From the NCBI GenBank assembly GCA_026399895.1, contig JAPLQC010000022.1, positions 7,132 to 71,131 on the forward strand: DNA of 64,000 nucleotides. Direction: 5' to 3'. The notes below the pieces were generated by a model. It did not search any database. It saw only the letters and a program-made list of their open reading frames with translations, and had not been told where the DNA came from. Below, in pieces: positions 30,184 to 40,913 of the stretch (its first letter is position 1; each line of letters begins with the position of its first letter). This DNA is from Burkholderiales bacterium. GTDB taxonomy: Bacteria; Pseudomonadota; Gammaproteobacteria; Burkholderiales; Burkholderiaceae_D. The position numbers and the translations under genes are program-made.

Positions 30184-31484
30184 TGAGTACAACTACCACC
30201 ATGAATATCGAGATCAAGCACGGCCGAGTGATCGATCCGGCCAACGGTATCGACGCGATCAAAGATGTGTACATCGCCGACGGTCGTATCGCAGCGATCG
30301 GTCAAGCGCCAGCGGGCTTTCGTGCTGAGCATGTGATCGACGCCACCGGTTTGGTCGTGTCACCTGGCTTGGTCGATTTAAGCGCGCGCCTGCGTGAGCC
30401 TGGCTATGAGTACAAAGCGACGCTTGAGTCCGAATTAGATGCAGCAGTTGCGGGTGGTGTTACCAGCTTGTTGTGTCCACCCGATACTGACCCGGTGCTC
30501 GATGAGCCCGGCTTGGTCGAGATGCTGGTGCACCGCGCGCGCTTACTGAACCAATCGCATGTCTATCCGCTCGGCGCATTGACCGTTGGCCTTAAAGGCA
30601 AAGAGCTCACCGAAATGGCTGAGCTGACCGAAGCCGGTTGTGTCGGTTTCGCACAAGCTGAGGAGCCGGTACAAGACACGACCGTGCTGCTGCGTGCGAT
30701 GCAGTACGCCAGTACCTTCGGCTACACCGTGTGGTTGCGCCCGCAAGATCCTTATCTTGGTAGAGGTGGTGTCGCGCACGCAGGTCCTTTAGCCTCGCGG
30801 CTGGGTTTGTCCGGGGTGCCAGTGATCAGCGAAACCGTCGCCTTGCACACTGTGTTTGAACTGATGCGTACGACTGGCGCCAAGGTGCATATTTGTCGTG
30901 TCTCGTCGGCGGCGGGTATTGAACTGGTACGTGCCGCGCGTGCCGAGGGACTGCCAGTTACCTGCGATGTCAGCGCCCATCATATTCACCTCACCGACAA
31001 TGACATCGGATTTTTTGATCCGAATGCACGTGTCACACCACCGCTGCGTAGTCAACGCGACCGTGACGCCATCCGAGCCGCACTGATCGATGGTGCGATC
31101 GATGCGATTTGCTCCGACCACACGCCACTCGACGAAGAAGAGAAATTACTGCCGTTCGGTGAAGCCTCGCCCGGCGCTACCGGACTCGAGTTGTTATTGT
31201 CGCTTGCGATCAAATGGGCGCAGGATAGCGAAGTAAGCGGTGCCACGCTGAATGCTGCGGTCGCGCGAATTACGTGTGAAGCAGCTCGTATCGCGGGTAT
31301 CGCGGCGGGCACTTTATCGGTCGGTAGTGTGGCCGATGTGTGCGTATTCGATCCGGCCACACGCTGGAAGGTTGTGCCCGCTGCCTTCCGCAGTCAGGGT
31401 AAGCACACGCCATTTCTGGGCTATGAGTTGCCGGGTCAGGTACGGCACACTATTGTCTCTGGCCGAGTTGCCTTCACTCGCTGA
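30180..31484 (+). CDS. Dihydroorotase-like protein, probably the non-catalytic PyrC' partner of ATCase
   Basis: It has an amidohydrolase fold, but the first metal-binding HxH is replaced ([11 protein letters not shown] instead of D-x-H-x-H). This matches the inactive PyrC' subunits described in Pseudomonas. Confidence 0.85.
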   Translation: MMSTTTTMNIEIKHGRVIDPANGIDAIKDVYIADGRIAAIGQAPAGFRAEHVIDATGLVVSPGLVDLSARLREPGYEYKATLESELDAAVAGGVTSLLCPPDTDPVLDEPGLVEMLVHRARLLNQSHVYPLGALTVGLKGKELTEMAELTEAGCVGFAQAEEPVQDTTVLLRAMQYASTFGYTVWLRPQDPYLGRGGVAHAGPLASRLGLSGVPVISETVALHTVFELMRTTGAKVHICRVSSAAGIELVRAARAEGLPVTCDVSAHHIHLTDNDIGFFDPNARVTPPLRSQRDRDAIRAALIDGAIDAICSDHTPLDEEEKLLPFGEASPGATGLELLLSLAIKWAQDSEVSGATLNAAVARITCEAARIAGIAAGTLSVGSVADVCVFDPATRWKVVPAAFRSQGKHTPFLGYELPGQVRHTIVSGRVAFTR

Positions 31485-31500
31485 TGATGTCAGGCGTTCA

Positions 31501-32295
31501 ATGAAGTATTGGCGATTGAGCCGTTTGGTCGTGCACTTGCTGGTTGGTCTTGGCAAGGTTGCGCTGCTATTTCCTTTTCTGAGTGCAGCCGGCCGCGAGC
31601 GTCGGGTGCAGCGTTGGTCGCGCCAACTGGTGGCGATTTGCGGTGTCACTATGCGCTTCGATGAAACATTGCAAAGCACGCCCGCTTCACCTGCGCTGAT
31701 TATCTGTAACCATATTTCCTGGCTCGATATTTTCGTCATCAACACGCTGCACAGCTGCCGCTTTGTGGCGAAATCGGATATTCGTAGCTGGCCCTTGATT
31801 GGCTGGTTATGCGAGCACACTGGCACCATCTTCATCGCACGGGGTCGTGCGCGCGATGTACGGCGCATCTACGAAGGGCTGGTGAAAAGCATTCATGATG
31901 GCGAGCGCGTTGCGTTCTTCCCCGAGGGCACTACTGCACCGCAGGGTACGGTGCTACCATTCCACGCAAATTTATTTGAAGCGGCGATTGAGGCCGAGGT
32001 GCCAGTGCAGCCCTATGCGATTCGCTATGTTGATGCCGATGGTAGTTTGCACGACGCTGCGGATTTTGTTGGTGAGATGAGTTTCGTAGAAAGCGTGATC
32101 GCGATCATGAACAGCGGTGGCATGACGGCTGAATTAGTCAGGTTGCCACCGATTTCAACGAATGGCGCGCACCGCCGTGAGCTCTCGCAAGCAGCACATG
32201 ATGCTATTGCGGGTGTGTTGCTGCCTAGCCCGGTGTCTGATGTTGTGGGCAATCCACCTGTAGCAAGTAGCTATCCGAAAGCCGCAGCGCACTGA
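31501..32295 (+). CDS. plsC: 1-acyl-sn-glycerol-3-phosphate acyltransferase family protein
   Basis: HX4D motif NHISWLD and FPEGT motif. The start was trimmed to MKYWRLSRL. Confidence 0.85.
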   Translation: MKYWRLSRLVVHLLVGLGKVALLFPFLSAAGRERRVQRWSRQLVAICGVTMRFDETLQSTPASPALIICNHISWLDIFVINTLHSCRFVAKSDIRSWPLIGWLCEHTGTIFIARGRARDVRRIYEGLVKSIHDGERVAFFPEGTTAPQGTVLPFHANLFEAAIEAEVPVQPYAIRYVDADGSLHDAADFVGEMSFVESVIAIMNSGGMTAELVRLPPISTNGAHRRELSQAAHDAIAGVLLPSPVSDVVGNPPVASSYPKAAAH

Positions 32296-33043
32296 GCTTG
32301 CCGCCCCATACGCAACCACTGTCCAGACCGAACAAATTTTCACGTTGCAAGATACCCAGCGTTGACCAGTGCCCGAATAGCACGGGCACATCGGCGGTCA
32401 GTCGGCCCGGTACATCGAACCAAGGCATAAAGCCGACCGGTGGCGCGCCCGGCCCTTCTTTGGTGGCGAACTCCATGTCGCCGTCAGCACTGCAAAACCG
32501 GATGCGCGTAAGAGCGTTCACGATACAGCGCAGGCGTTCATTTCCTTCCAGTGCATCCGACCAACGAGCGGGTTGATTGCCATACATCGAACGTAAAAAA
32601 TCTAGCCAATCATCCGCTTGCAGGCGGCTCTCAACCTCGGCTGCGAGTGACAATACCTGCGTTACGCGCCAATTCGGCAGAACGCCGGCATGGACCACCA
32701 GCCAGCCGTCTGCCATCAGTGCCAAGGGCTGATGGCGCAGCCAGTTGAGTAAGTCGTCGCGATCAGGCGCATTCAGGATGTCGGCGAGTGTGTCACTGGC
32801 GGCCGGTGCGCGCACCCCATGGGCTGCCGCCAGCAGATGCAGATCATGGTTGCCCAACACGGTGCGGGCGCGTGGGCCCATCGCTTTCACCATTCTTAGG
32901 GTCTGCAGCGACGCTGGGCCACGGTTCACCAGATCACCGACAAATACCAGCTGCGCGCCAGGCGACAGGGCGTCAATCTGTTGCAGCAGGTGCGTCAACT
33001 CGGTGGCGCAGCCTTGTACATCGCCGATCGCAAATGTTTCCAT
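32225..33043 (-). CDS. apaH: Bis(5'-nucleosyl)-tetraphosphatase, symmetrical
   Basis: Metallophosphatase motifs GDVQGC, GDLVNRG and GNHD. The start was trimmed to METFAIGD. Confidence 0.9.
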   Translation of the reverse strand: METFAIGDVQGCATELTHLLQQIDALSPGAQLVFVGDLVNRGPASLQTLRMVKAMGPRARTVLGNHDLHLLAAAHGVRAPAASDTLADILNAPDRDDLLNWLRHQPLALMADGWLVVHAGVLPNWRVTQVLSLAAEVESRLQADDWLDFLRSMYGNQPARWSDALEGNERLRCIVNALTRIRFCSADGDMEFATKEGPGAPPVGFMPWFDVPGRLTADVPVLFGHWSTLGILQRENLFGLDSGCVWGGKLSALRLSDSYLLQVDCPQHQTPG

Positions 33044-33169
33044 GGTCCTTGAAAATCCCGCGAAATTGCTAAGAAGTGCCATTGTAGTGATTGCAATCTT
33101 ATAGGGCGACTCACGTAAAATGTCGGCTGTTCTGATTCTCGCGACCTTAGCGAACTTGCAAGGACCTAC

Positions 33170-34240
33170 ATGATTCTCGTCACCGGCGGCGCCGGCTTCA
33201 TCGGCGCCAACTTTGTACTGGACTGGCTGGCCAGCGTTGATGAGCCCGTCATCAATCTCGACAAGCTGACTTACGCCGGTAATCCGGACAATCTGAGCAC
33301 CTTACAAGGTGACCCGCGGCACCTGTTCGTGCATGGTGATATTTGCGATCGGGCGCTGGTGTCTTCGCTGCTCGACAAGCACAAGCCACGCGCCATTGTG
33401 CACTTCGCGGCCGAGAGCCATGTGGATCGTTCTATCCATGGCCCCGGTGATTTCATTCGTACCAATGTTGATGGCACCTTCAGCCTGCTGGAGGCTGCGC
33501 GCGCTTATCTGAGCACATTAGACGATGCAGCCAAGACAGCTTTCCGATTTCTGCATGTCTCTACGGATGAGGTGTTCGGTACGCTGTCGCCAACGGACCC
33601 TGCATTTTCAGAAACCACGCCCTACGCACCCAATAGTCCGTACTCGGCGTCGAAAGCAGCCAGCGATCATTTGGTACGTGCTTGGCATCACACCTACGGC
33701 TTGCCCGTGGTGACTGGCAATTGCTCGAATAACTATGGGCCGCTGCAATTCCCCGAGAAGTTGATACCGCTGATCATCGCTAATGCACTGGCTGGCAAGG
33801 CGCTACCGATTTACGGCGATGGTCAGCAAGTACGTGACTGGTTGTATGTGGGAGACCATTGCTCTGCGCTACGTCGTGTGCTGGAAGCCGGTCAGCTCGG
33901 CGAAACCTACAACATCGGCGGTTGGAATGAGAAAGCCAACCTCGATGTGGTGCACACCTTGTGCGCCTTGCTCGATGAACTCAAGCCCGCTGCGCAATCG
34001 TATAAAGCCCAAATCCAATTCGTGACCGACCGTCCCGGGCATGACCGTCGCTATGCGATCGATGCGCGCAAAATCGAGCGTGAACTCGGCTGGCGGCCAA
34101 AGGAAACCTTCGAGAGTGGTATGCGTAAAACCGTGCAGTGGTATCTCGACCATCAAGACTGGGTACGCAAGGTACAGTCAGGCGAGTACCAACAATGGAT
34201 GATGAAAAACTACGAACAGCGTCAGGAGACAAAAGCATGA
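33170..34240 (+). CDS. rfbB: dTDP-glucose 4,6-dehydratase
   Basis: GGAGFIG Rossmann motif, YSASKAA catalytic motif, 356 aa. Confidence 0.96.
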   Translation: MILVTGGAGFIGANFVLDWLASVDEPVINLDKLTYAGNPDNLSTLQGDPRHLFVHGDICDRALVSSLLDKHKPRAIVHFAAESHVDRSIHGPGDFIRTNVDGTFSLLEAARAYLSTLDDAAKTAFRFLHVSTDEVFGTLSPTDPAFSETTPYAPNSPYSASKAASDHLVRAWHHTYGLPVVTGNCSNNYGPLQFPEKLIPLIIANALAGKALPIYGDGQQVRDWLYVGDHCSALRRVLEAGQLGETYNIGGWNEKANLDVVHTLCALLDELKPAAQSYKAQIQFVTDRPGHDRRYAIDARKIERELGWRPKETFESGMRKTVQWYLDHQDWVRKVQSGEYQQWMMKNYEQRQETKA

Positions 34241-35118
34241 ACCGACGCGGCATTATTCTGGCCGGTGGCTCCGGCACACGGCTATACCCAGCCACGATGG
34301 CAGTATCCAAGCAACTGCTGCCGGTATACGACAAGCCGATGATTTACTACCCGCTGACCACGCTGATGCTGGCGGGTATGCGCGATATTCTTCTGATCTC
34401 GACACCGCAGGACACGCCGCGCTTCCAGCAACTGCTCGGCGATGGGAGCCAGTGGGGCCTGAATCTGAGCTACGCAGTACAGCCTTCACCGGATGGGCTC
34501 GCGCAAGCCTTCATCATTGGTCGCGATTTTGTCGGTCAGCAGCCATCGGCGCTGATCCTTGGCGATAACCTCTACTACGGTCACGAGCTGGATGTAAAAC
34601 TAAATGCCGCTAATCGCCGTGATTCTGGCGCTACCGTGTTCGCTTATCACGTGACTGATCCTGAGCGTTATGGTGTCGTGGCCTTTGATGAGAACCGGCG
34701 TGCCAATAGCATCGAAGAAAAGCCGGCACAACCAAAATCCAATTACGCAGTCACAGGCTTGTATTTCTACGACACCCAAGTGTGCGACATTGCTGCAGCA
34801 ATCAAGCCTTCGGCGCGTGGTGAGTTGGAGATCACCGATGTCAACCGCATCTATCTCACGCAAGGTCAGCTGCAAGTCGAGGTGATGGGGCGTGGTATGG
34901 CGTGGCTTGATACAGGCACCCATGAATCTTTACTCGATGCCAGTCAATTCATCGCCACGCTCGAAAAGCGCCAGGGTTTGAAGGTGGCGTGTCCGGAAGA
35001 AGTGGCATTCCGCAAGCGCTACATCGACGCCGCTCAACTCGAAAAACTGGCCGAGCCCATGAAGAAAAATGAGTATGGCCAATACCTGTTGCGACTGCTG
35101 CAGGAAAAGGTATTCTGA
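34237..35118 (+). CDS. rfbA: Glucose-1-phosphate thymidylyltransferase
   Basis: [17 protein letters not shown]-terminus. Its ATGA overlaps the rfbB stop. Confidence 0.96.
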   Translation: MNRRGIILAGGSGTRLYPATMAVSKQLLPVYDKPMIYYPLTTLMLAGMRDILLISTPQDTPRFQQLLGDGSQWGLNLSYAVQPSPDGLAQAFIIGRDFVGQQPSALILGDNLYYGHELDVKLNAANRRDSGATVFAYHVTDPERYGVVAFDENRRANSIEEKPAQPKSNYAVTGLYFYDTQVCDIAAAIKPSARGELEITDVNRIYLTQGQLQVEVMGRGMAWLDTGTHESLLDASQFIATLEKRQGLKVACPEEVAFRKRYIDAAQLEKLAEPMKKNEYGQYLLRLLQEKVF

Positions 35119-35121
35119 TTC

Positions 35122-35667
35122 ATGAATATCGTTCGTACCGAAATCCCCGATGTGCTGATTATTGAGCCGAAAGTTTTCGGCGATTCACGAGGTTTCTTTT
35201 TCGAGAGCTTCAATCAGCGACAGTTCGAACAACTCACCGGAGTAGCGCCTAGCTTCGTGCAAGACAATCACTCGCGCTCTGCACGAGGTGTACTTCGCGG
35301 TTTGCATTATCAGATTCATCAGCCGCAAGGTAAGTTAGTGCGCGTGATTGCCGGCGAGGTATTCGATGTTTGCGTCGATATGCGCCGCTCATCGCCTACC
35401 TTTGGCAAGTCAGTGTATGTCACACTCTCTGCTGACAATCACCGGCAGCTATGGATACCTCCGGGCTTTGCGCACGGTTTTTTAGTGACCAGTGAATCTG
35501 CGGATTTTGTTTACAAGACCACTGATTACTACGCGCCTGAATATGAGCGCTCGGTGTTATGGAATGATGCAGCACTCGCGATTCCCTGGCCGCTACAGGG
35601 CGAGCCTCTGCTGTCGGTGAAAGATAAAGCGGGAACGCCACTAGCACAGGCAGAGACCTTCGCATGA
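35122..35667 (+). CDS. rfbC: dTDP-4-dehydrorhamnose 3,5-epimerase
   Basis: DSRGFFFESF and RGLHYQ motifs, 181 aa. Confidence 0.95.
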   Translation: MNIVRTEIPDVLIIEPKVFGDSRGFFFESFNQRQFEQLTGVAPSFVQDNHSRSARGVLRGLHYQIHQPQGKLVRVIAGEVFDVCVDMRRSSPTFGKSVYVTLSADNHRQLWIPPGFAHGFLVTSESADFVYKTTDYYAPEYERSVLWNDAALAIPWPLQGEPLLSVKDKAGTPLAQAETFA

Positions 35668-36542
35668 GAATACTGGTGCTGGGACGTCATGGGCAGGTGG
35701 GCGCAGCGCTCACACACTCAATGCAAGGTTTGGGCGAGCTGATCTGCTTAGACCGTTCCCAACTTGATCTGAGTAATCCCGATGCAATCCGAACAGCATT
35801 ACGCGAACTACAGCCGCAGATGATCATCAATGCTGCTGCCTACACCGCGGTAGATGCAGCAGAATCGGATGAGGCAACTGCATTCCAGATCAACGCCGAA
35901 GCTCCGCGTGTGATTGCCGAAGAAAGCGAGCGGTTGGGTGCGGCGCTGATTCACTATTCGACCGATTATGTGTTCGACGGTGGCAAGCAGGGCGCATGGC
36001 TGGAAGATGATGTGACCGCGCCGCTCTCGGTATACGGGCGCAGCAAGCTGGCAGGCGAGCAAGCTATTACCGATGTCGGTGGGACTCACCTGATTCTGCG
36101 AACCAGCTGGGTGTATGGCCTGCATGGCAAGAATTTTTTACTGACGATGCTGAAGCTCGCCGAGACCCGTGATGAGCTTGCGATTGTCGATGATCAGATG
36201 GGTGCACCGACTTGGGCTGTTACCATTGCTGACGCGACTGCTGCCATCATTCGAGACGCAGGTGAGCCAGCGCAGTTGGCAGCGTTATCTGGTGTTTACC
36301 ATCTCTGTGCGGGCGGACGTACCAGCTGGTTTGGTTTTGCCCAAGCGATTTTTTCGCATACGTCCGTACAGCGCAAGCCAAAGCTACGCCCAATCACTAC
36401 TGCTGAATATCCGACGCCTGCGAAACGACCCTCGAATTCCATGCTGAACACCGATAAATTTCGCCATACCTTTGGCGATCTGCCCGCTTGGGACGACGCA
36501 CTGCAGACTTGTATGCAAGTGCGCCTTGGCCTGATTGCCTGA
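35664..36542 (+). CDS. rfbD: dTDP-4-dehydrorhamnose reductase
   Basis: RmlD-like, with the STDYVFDG motif. It is the fourth gene of the rfbBACD order. Confidence 0.93.
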   Translation: MRILVLGRHGQVGAALTHSMQGLGELICLDRSQLDLSNPDAIRTALRELQPQMIINAAAYTAVDAAESDEATAFQINAEAPRVIAEESERLGAALIHYSTDYVFDGGKQGAWLEDDVTAPLSVYGRSKLAGEQAITDVGGTHLILRTSWVYGLHGKNFLLTMLKLAETRDELAIVDDQMGAPTWAVTIADATAAIIRDAGEPAQLAALSGVYHLCAGGRTSWFGFAQAIFSHTSVQRKPKLRPITTAEYPTPAKRPSNSMLNTDKFRHTFGDLPAWDDALQTCMQVRLGLIA

Positions 36543-36608
36543 TCAGATAGATTTACCCGAAAAACTCACCCGATTGATTCACTCGACAGGTTTACTAGCA
36601 AGCACATC

Positions 36609-37991
36609 ATGAGTAAAGCGACACTGACCCCTGGCATTTTTAAGGCCTACGATATTCGTGGTGTGCTCGACAATACGTTAGACGCAGCGATTGCTGAGCA
36701 GATCGGCCGCGCGTTTGGTACTGCCGTCCATGCAAAAGGCGAGCACACTGTTGTGATTGGTCGTGATGGCCGCTTATCTGGCCCCGAGTTATCCGCGGCG
36801 CTGGCAAAAGGATTGCAGTCAACTGGGATTAACGTGATTGATATCGGCATGGTGGCGACGCCGATGCTGTACTACGCCACTCACCAGCTGCCTGCGAAGA
36901 GCGGCATCATGGTCACCGGTAGTCATAATCCGCCCGACTATAACGGCTTCAAGATGGTGCTGTCGCAAGCCGCGATTTACGGCGAAGCGATTCAATCACT
37001 CTATCGTTGCATCCTGAATCAGGAGTTCAGCCACGGGCAGGGCGAGTATACCCAGCATACTATTCGCGATGACTATCTTGAGCGCATCCTGTCAGACGTC
37101 AAACTTGCGCGTCCGATGAAGATTGCGATCGATTGCGGTAATGGGGTGGCTGGCAGTATCGCGGGCGATCTCTACCGTGCACTCGGTTGCGAGGTGACGG
37201 AGTTGTACTGCGAAGTTGATGGAAATTTCCCTAATCATCATCCCGACCCCGCCCATCTGGAAAATCTGCAAGATTTGATTGATGTGCTAGCCGAAGGTGA
37301 TGCAGAAATCGGTCTGGCTTTCGATGGTGATGGTGATCGGCTTGGTGTGGTGACCAAAGATGGGCAAGTGATTTTTCCGGACCGGCAGTTGATGCTATTC
37401 GCACAGGACGTACTGACTCGGCACCCGGGTGGCGCAATTTTGTATGACGTGAAGTGCACACGACATATCGCCCCATGGGTCAGTGCAGCGGGTGGTCAGC
37501 CGCTGATGTGCCAAACCGGCCACTCACTGGTGAAAGCGAGAATGCGTGAAACCGGCGCGCCATTTGGTGGCGAGATGAGTGGCCATCTGTTTTTCAAAGA
37601 TCGTTGGTACGGCTTTGATGATGGCTTGTATGCGGGTGCGCGATTGCTTGAGTTGGCCAGCCGTATGCAAGACATTACCCAGACCCTGAACGCATTGCCA
37701 CAGTCAAAGTCCACACCCGAGTTGCAAGTGGCGCTAGGAGAGGGTGAGAACCACGCACTGGTGGCGCGCATGCAATCCGAGGCACAGTGGCCGGGCGCCT
37801 CACAAGTGATCACTATTGATGGTGTGCGCGTCGAGTACCCGGATGGCTTTGGTTTATGCAGAGCCTCGAATACCACCCCAGTACTCGTATTGCGCTTCGA
37901 AGCAGAGAATGACGCTGCGCTGGCACGCATACAGCGCGCGATCGGTGATGCAATCACGCGCATCAAGCCAGATGCGCAACTTCCTTTCTGA
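36609..37991 (+). CDS. Phosphomannomutase/phosphoglucomutase
   Basis: Phosphoserine loop TGSHNPPDYNG, metal loop FDGDGDRLG and GEMSGH sugar-binding loop. Confidence 0.93.
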   Translation: MSKATLTPGIFKAYDIRGVLDNTLDAAIAEQIGRAFGTAVHAKGEHTVVIGRDGRLSGPELSAALAKGLQSTGINVIDIGMVATPMLYYATHQLPAKSGIMVTGSHNPPDYNGFKMVLSQAAIYGEAIQSLYRCILNQEFSHGQGEYTQHTIRDDYLERILSDVKLARPMKIAIDCGNGVAGSIAGDLYRALGCEVTELYCEVDGNFPNHHPDPAHLENLQDLIDVLAEGDAEIGLAFDGDGDRLGVVTKDGQVIFPDRQLMLFAQDVLTRHPGGAILYDVKCTRHIAPWVSAAGGQPLMCQTGHSLVKARMRETGAPFGGEMSGHLFFKDRWYGFDDGLYAGARLLELASRMQDITQTLNALPQSKSTPELQVALGEGENHALVARMQSEAQWPGASQVITIDGVRVEYPDGFGLCRASNTTPVLVLRFEAENDAALARIQRAIGDAITRIKPDAQLPF

Positions 37992-37997
37992 TCTATC

Positions 37998-39272
37998 TTG
38001 GTGACGGGTTCGCTTCGCCTTTACTCGCTGCTCTGGTGGTGTCTGCTGCCATTCGTCGTAGTCCGTCTGCTTTGGCGCAGCCGGCGTGAGCCGGGCTATC
38101 TCCAGTACCTTGCAGAGCGCTTTGCTTTTTATTCGGTTCAGCCATCAGCGCCGTTGATCTGGGTTCATGCGGTCTCGGTAGGTGAGACCCGTGCTGCCGA
38201 ACCATTGCTGCGCGCGCTAGTATCTAGATATCCTGATCATCAAATACTGCTGACCCATATGACGCCAACGGGGCGCGCTGCTGGCAAGGCGTTGTTTGGC
38301 ACTGAGCCACGCTTGATCCAAGCTTATCTTCCCTATGACACGCTATCGATGATGGCGCGTTTCGTTAAGTACTTTCGTCCGCGCCTATGTGTGCTGATGG
38401 AGACTGAAGTCTGGCCGGCATTAATCCAAGCGTGCAAGGCGGCTGAGCTGCCGGTTGCGCTGGTCAACGCCCGTCTCTCCGAGCGATCCTTGCGGCGTGG
38501 GCAGCGCTTTGCAGGGCTGTTGGGTCGCGCCGCAGGGCAACTTACATTAGTCGCTGCACAAAGTGATGCCGATGCGCAGCGCCTACAAATGATGGGTGTG
38601 CGTGAAGTTCAAGTCACGGGTAATCTGAAGTTCGATGTCACCGTGCCTGCGGTGATGACAGCTGCTGGTGAATCACTTCGGCAGCAGATCGGTAATCGCC
38701 CGGTGTTGTTATGTGCCAGCACACGCGAGGGTGAAGAGGCTTTACTGTTAAGTGGCTATATGAAAGCCACGCTGCCATCAGATCTATTGCTGATGATCGT
38801 GCCGCGGCACCCGCAGCGTTTCGCTGAAGTCGCCAAGCTGTTCGAAGATCAGGGCTTGCGTGTGGTTTACAAGTCGCAACTCCGAGGCGCCGCGGTGCCC
38901 GCTGATACGCAGCTACTCATCGGCGACACCATGGGTGAAATGTTTGCCTATTACGCCGCCAGTGATCTGGCGTTTATCGGCGGTAGTCTGTTACCGACGG
39001 GTGGGCAGAATCTGATCGAGGCCTGTGCATGCGGCAAGCCGGTGCTGCTCGGGCCGCACACCTACAACTTTGCTCAAGCAAGCGAAGATGCCATCGCGCA
39101 GGGTGCCGCCATCCGCGTGTATGACGCTGCACAAGTTTTCAAAATGACTTTTGAATTGTTGGTCGATCAAGATCGCCTGCAAAGCATGTCGCAGGCAGCG
39201 CGTCGTTTCGCAGAGACCGAAGGCGGGGCGACCCAAAATACATTAGAGCTACTTACGCCCAGTCTAGGCTGA
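37998..39272 (+). CDS. waaA: 3-deoxy-D-manno-octulosonic acid (Kdo) transferase
   Basis: WVHAVSVGETRAAEPLL motif, 424 aa. It has a non-ATG start (TTG 37998 or GTG 38001). Confidence 0.9.
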   Translation: MVTGSLRLYSLLWWCLLPFVVVRLLWRSRREPGYLQYLAERFAFYSVQPSAPLIWVHAVSVGETRAAEPLLRALVSRYPDHQILLTHMTPTGRAAGKALFGTEPRLIQAYLPYDTLSMMARFVKYFRPRLCVLMETEVWPALIQACKAAELPVALVNARLSERSLRRGQRFAGLLGRAAGQLTLVAAQSDADAQRLQMMGVREVQVTGNLKFDVTVPAVMTAAGESLRQQIGNRPVLLCASTREGEEALLLSGYMKATLPSDLLLMIVPRHPQRFAEVAKLFEDQGLRVVYKSQLRGAAVPADTQLLIGDTMGEMFAYYAASDLAFIGGSLLPTGGQNLIEACACGKPVLLGPHTYNFAQASEDAIAQGAAIRVYDAAQVFKMTFELLVDQDRLQSMSQAARRFAETEGGATQNTLELLTPSLG

Positions 39273-39280
39273 GCCACCAA

Positions 39281-39312
39281 AAACAGAGCCGTTCTTCCGA
39301 ACGGCTCTCTGT
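39281..39312. terminator. Shared hairpin terminator between convergent waaA and the F-box/LRR gene
   Basis: AGAGCCGTT (39285-39293) pairs with AACGGCTCT (39300-39308). A T-run follows on the minus strand (GTTTTTGG). Confidence 0.65.
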
Positions 39313-39343
39313 GCTTACCTAAGCATATTGACATTAACCCTCA

Positions 39344-40816
39344 TCAGTCGACCGGTAGAACGTCATCGAAGTCATTATCATCGCTATCTGGGTCGTTCTC
39401 CTGAATACTCCTTTCATGCAATTTTGTGATCGGGTGATTGCGTAATTTCTTCGTAACTTCCGAATATATGCTCACCTGAGGCGTGGAGTAGTATTCCTGC
39501 TGCAGTTCGTCGTATTCTCGTTTCAATGCATTCCAGTCGATGTCGATGTTATCAGCCAGTATTCCGTTGGCTGGAATTGAATAAATACTGCTTGTTGAAG
39601 AGCTGAAGTACGAAAGTTCGGCGGTATGTTGCTGCAGCGATTTCTTAAGCATCTCTATATGAGTGTCGGAAGCATTGTGCTGATCGATATCAATAGTTTG
39701 TACCAGATGTGGGTGTTTCAGAGAATCGCAGATCGATTGAACGCATACATCATTGAATCCGGTATTCTTCAACCGCAGATGATAGAGCGGTCGAATTTTT
39801 CCAAAAAGAAGATTGTAGAATTCTTTTATTTCTTGCGGGTTATCCGAAAAATCTGGGTTGTCGCTAAGGTTAATGCGATAGAAATTATTCTTCTTATCTA
39901 TCAGTTTGAGCAATTCAGTCGCATTCCCTGCGGACAGCGCGTTTGATGACAGGTCAAGTATAAGAATATTGCTATCAGATGAGTTAGCCAGGGCTGGGAA
40001 AATCGTAGTCTGCAATGCTTCCATGCCGATAGCCGAGGCATTAATTTTTATGAACGAACCACTCGTCTTGCCAAGAACCTTGATCTGGAAATCCCAGTGC
40101 TTGCCATTCGAGAAATCAAAGCAGAAAGAATTCAATTTATAGATATCAGCTTCCGCGTTCGGCGTTGTTTTCTGCTGATTGGCCAGATGGAGTATAAATT
40201 GAGAGCTAATTCTAAAATCTTCCTCGCTACAGTTTTCTCGAATAGATTGAATATTATCTGACCACGTGTGCATTGTTTTGTACGTGCGGCCATTGCTATC
40301 GCGGTGAATAAATGAAAGAGCAGTCTCGTACATCGTTTTTGATGTCTTTGCCACATTACTTAAACTGGTGTTAAAAAGTCTTGGTTGTTGTAGCTGAATG
40401 AAGATATTGCATAGTGCCTCGGGTGGCAGGGATTCAAGAAATGATTCTTGTGCCACCGTTGAAGTTGTTTGCCGCTGCATCAGCGTTATATCCGACGAGG
40501 TGGTTTGTGAACTGATCGAAGAAGATGAAGAACTGCTCGCTACGGTAGTTGGCACGTGGGAATGCCATTCATTCAGCCACGCTGGTTGTTGTTCTAATTG
40601 ATTGGTCGTCATCAGCGGTGGCGTCGATGTCGGAGGGTGCTCTGACTCAGATTCTTTCTTTGTATCAGTAGCAACGGTAGTGGTGGCAGCTGCGGTAGTA
40701 GCAACACTAGCAGTAGGTATTGTTGTTGAGAAAATCGGTACGGAGCTAGGCGGATTGGCGCTGACGGGTGGCGTACTCATAAAGATTTTTCCGGAATGGG
40801 GTAAGTTAATAAGCAT
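39344..40816 (-). CDS. Eukaryote-like F-box + leucine-rich-repeat protein (candidate secreted effector)
   Basis: 490 aa in an AT-rich gene. It has a Ser/Thr/Pro-rich N-terminus, an F-box-like LESLPPEALCNIFIQLQQPRLFNTSLSNVAKTSKTMY, RI-type LRRs at aa 283-400, and an acidic C-terminus. M13 (40780) is an alternative start. Confidence 0.8.
   Translation of the reverse strand: MLINLPHSGKIFMSTPPVSANPPSSVPIFSTTIPTASVATTAAATTTVATDTKKESESEHPPTSTPPLMTTNQLEQQPAWLNEWHSHVPTTVASSSSSSSISSQTTSSDITLMQRQTTSTVAQESFLESLPPEALCNIFIQLQQPRLFNTSLSNVAKTSKTMYETALSFIHRDSNGRTYKTMHTWSDNIQSIRENCSEEDFRISSQFILHLANQQKTTPNAEADIYKLNSFCFDFSNGKHWDFQIKVLGKTSGSFIKINASAIGMEALQTTIFPALANSSDSNILILDLSSNALSAGNATELLKLIDKKNNFYRINLSDNPDFSDNPQEIKEFYNLLFGKIRPLYHLRLKNTGFNDVCVQSICDSLKHPHLVQTIDIDQHNASDTHIEMLKKSLQQHTAELSYFSSSTSSIYSIPANGILADNIDIDWNALKREYDELQQEYYSTPQVSIYSEVTKKLRNHPITKLHERSIQENDPDSDDNDFDDVLPVD
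39617..39970 (-). other. Four RNase-inhibitor-type leucine-rich repeats (aa 283-400)
   Basis: ILILDLSSNALSAGNATELLKLI / RINLSDNPDFSDNPQEIKEFYNLL / HLRLKNTGFNDVCVQSICDSLK / TIDIDQHNASDTHIEMLKKSL, with 28-32 aa periodicity. Confidence 0.6.
40313..40438 (-). other. F-box-like motif (aa 127-168)
   Basis: LPPEALCNIFIQL....L......V.K fits the LPxE(I/L)LxxIFxxL...L......VcKxW consensus, except that the Trp is replaced. Confidence 0.6.
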
Positions 40817-40913
40817 GGTTTGCGCCTTTAAATGACACGCGAAGCTTCAGGAACCATCTTTGAGCTCAGGTTCAATGATTGATTGCAATGCGGTTGCTAT
40901 ATCCGAATCGGAA

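Noticed and set aside
40817-40913. Search for a hrpII/PIP box (TTCG-N16-TTCG) upstream of the F-box/LRR gene. The same search was made at 54072-54307 upstream of the 715-aa gene.
   Set aside because: TTCG tetramers are present, but none has a second TTCG at the required 16-nt spacing. There is no support for HrpB/HrpX-type regulation from sequence alone.
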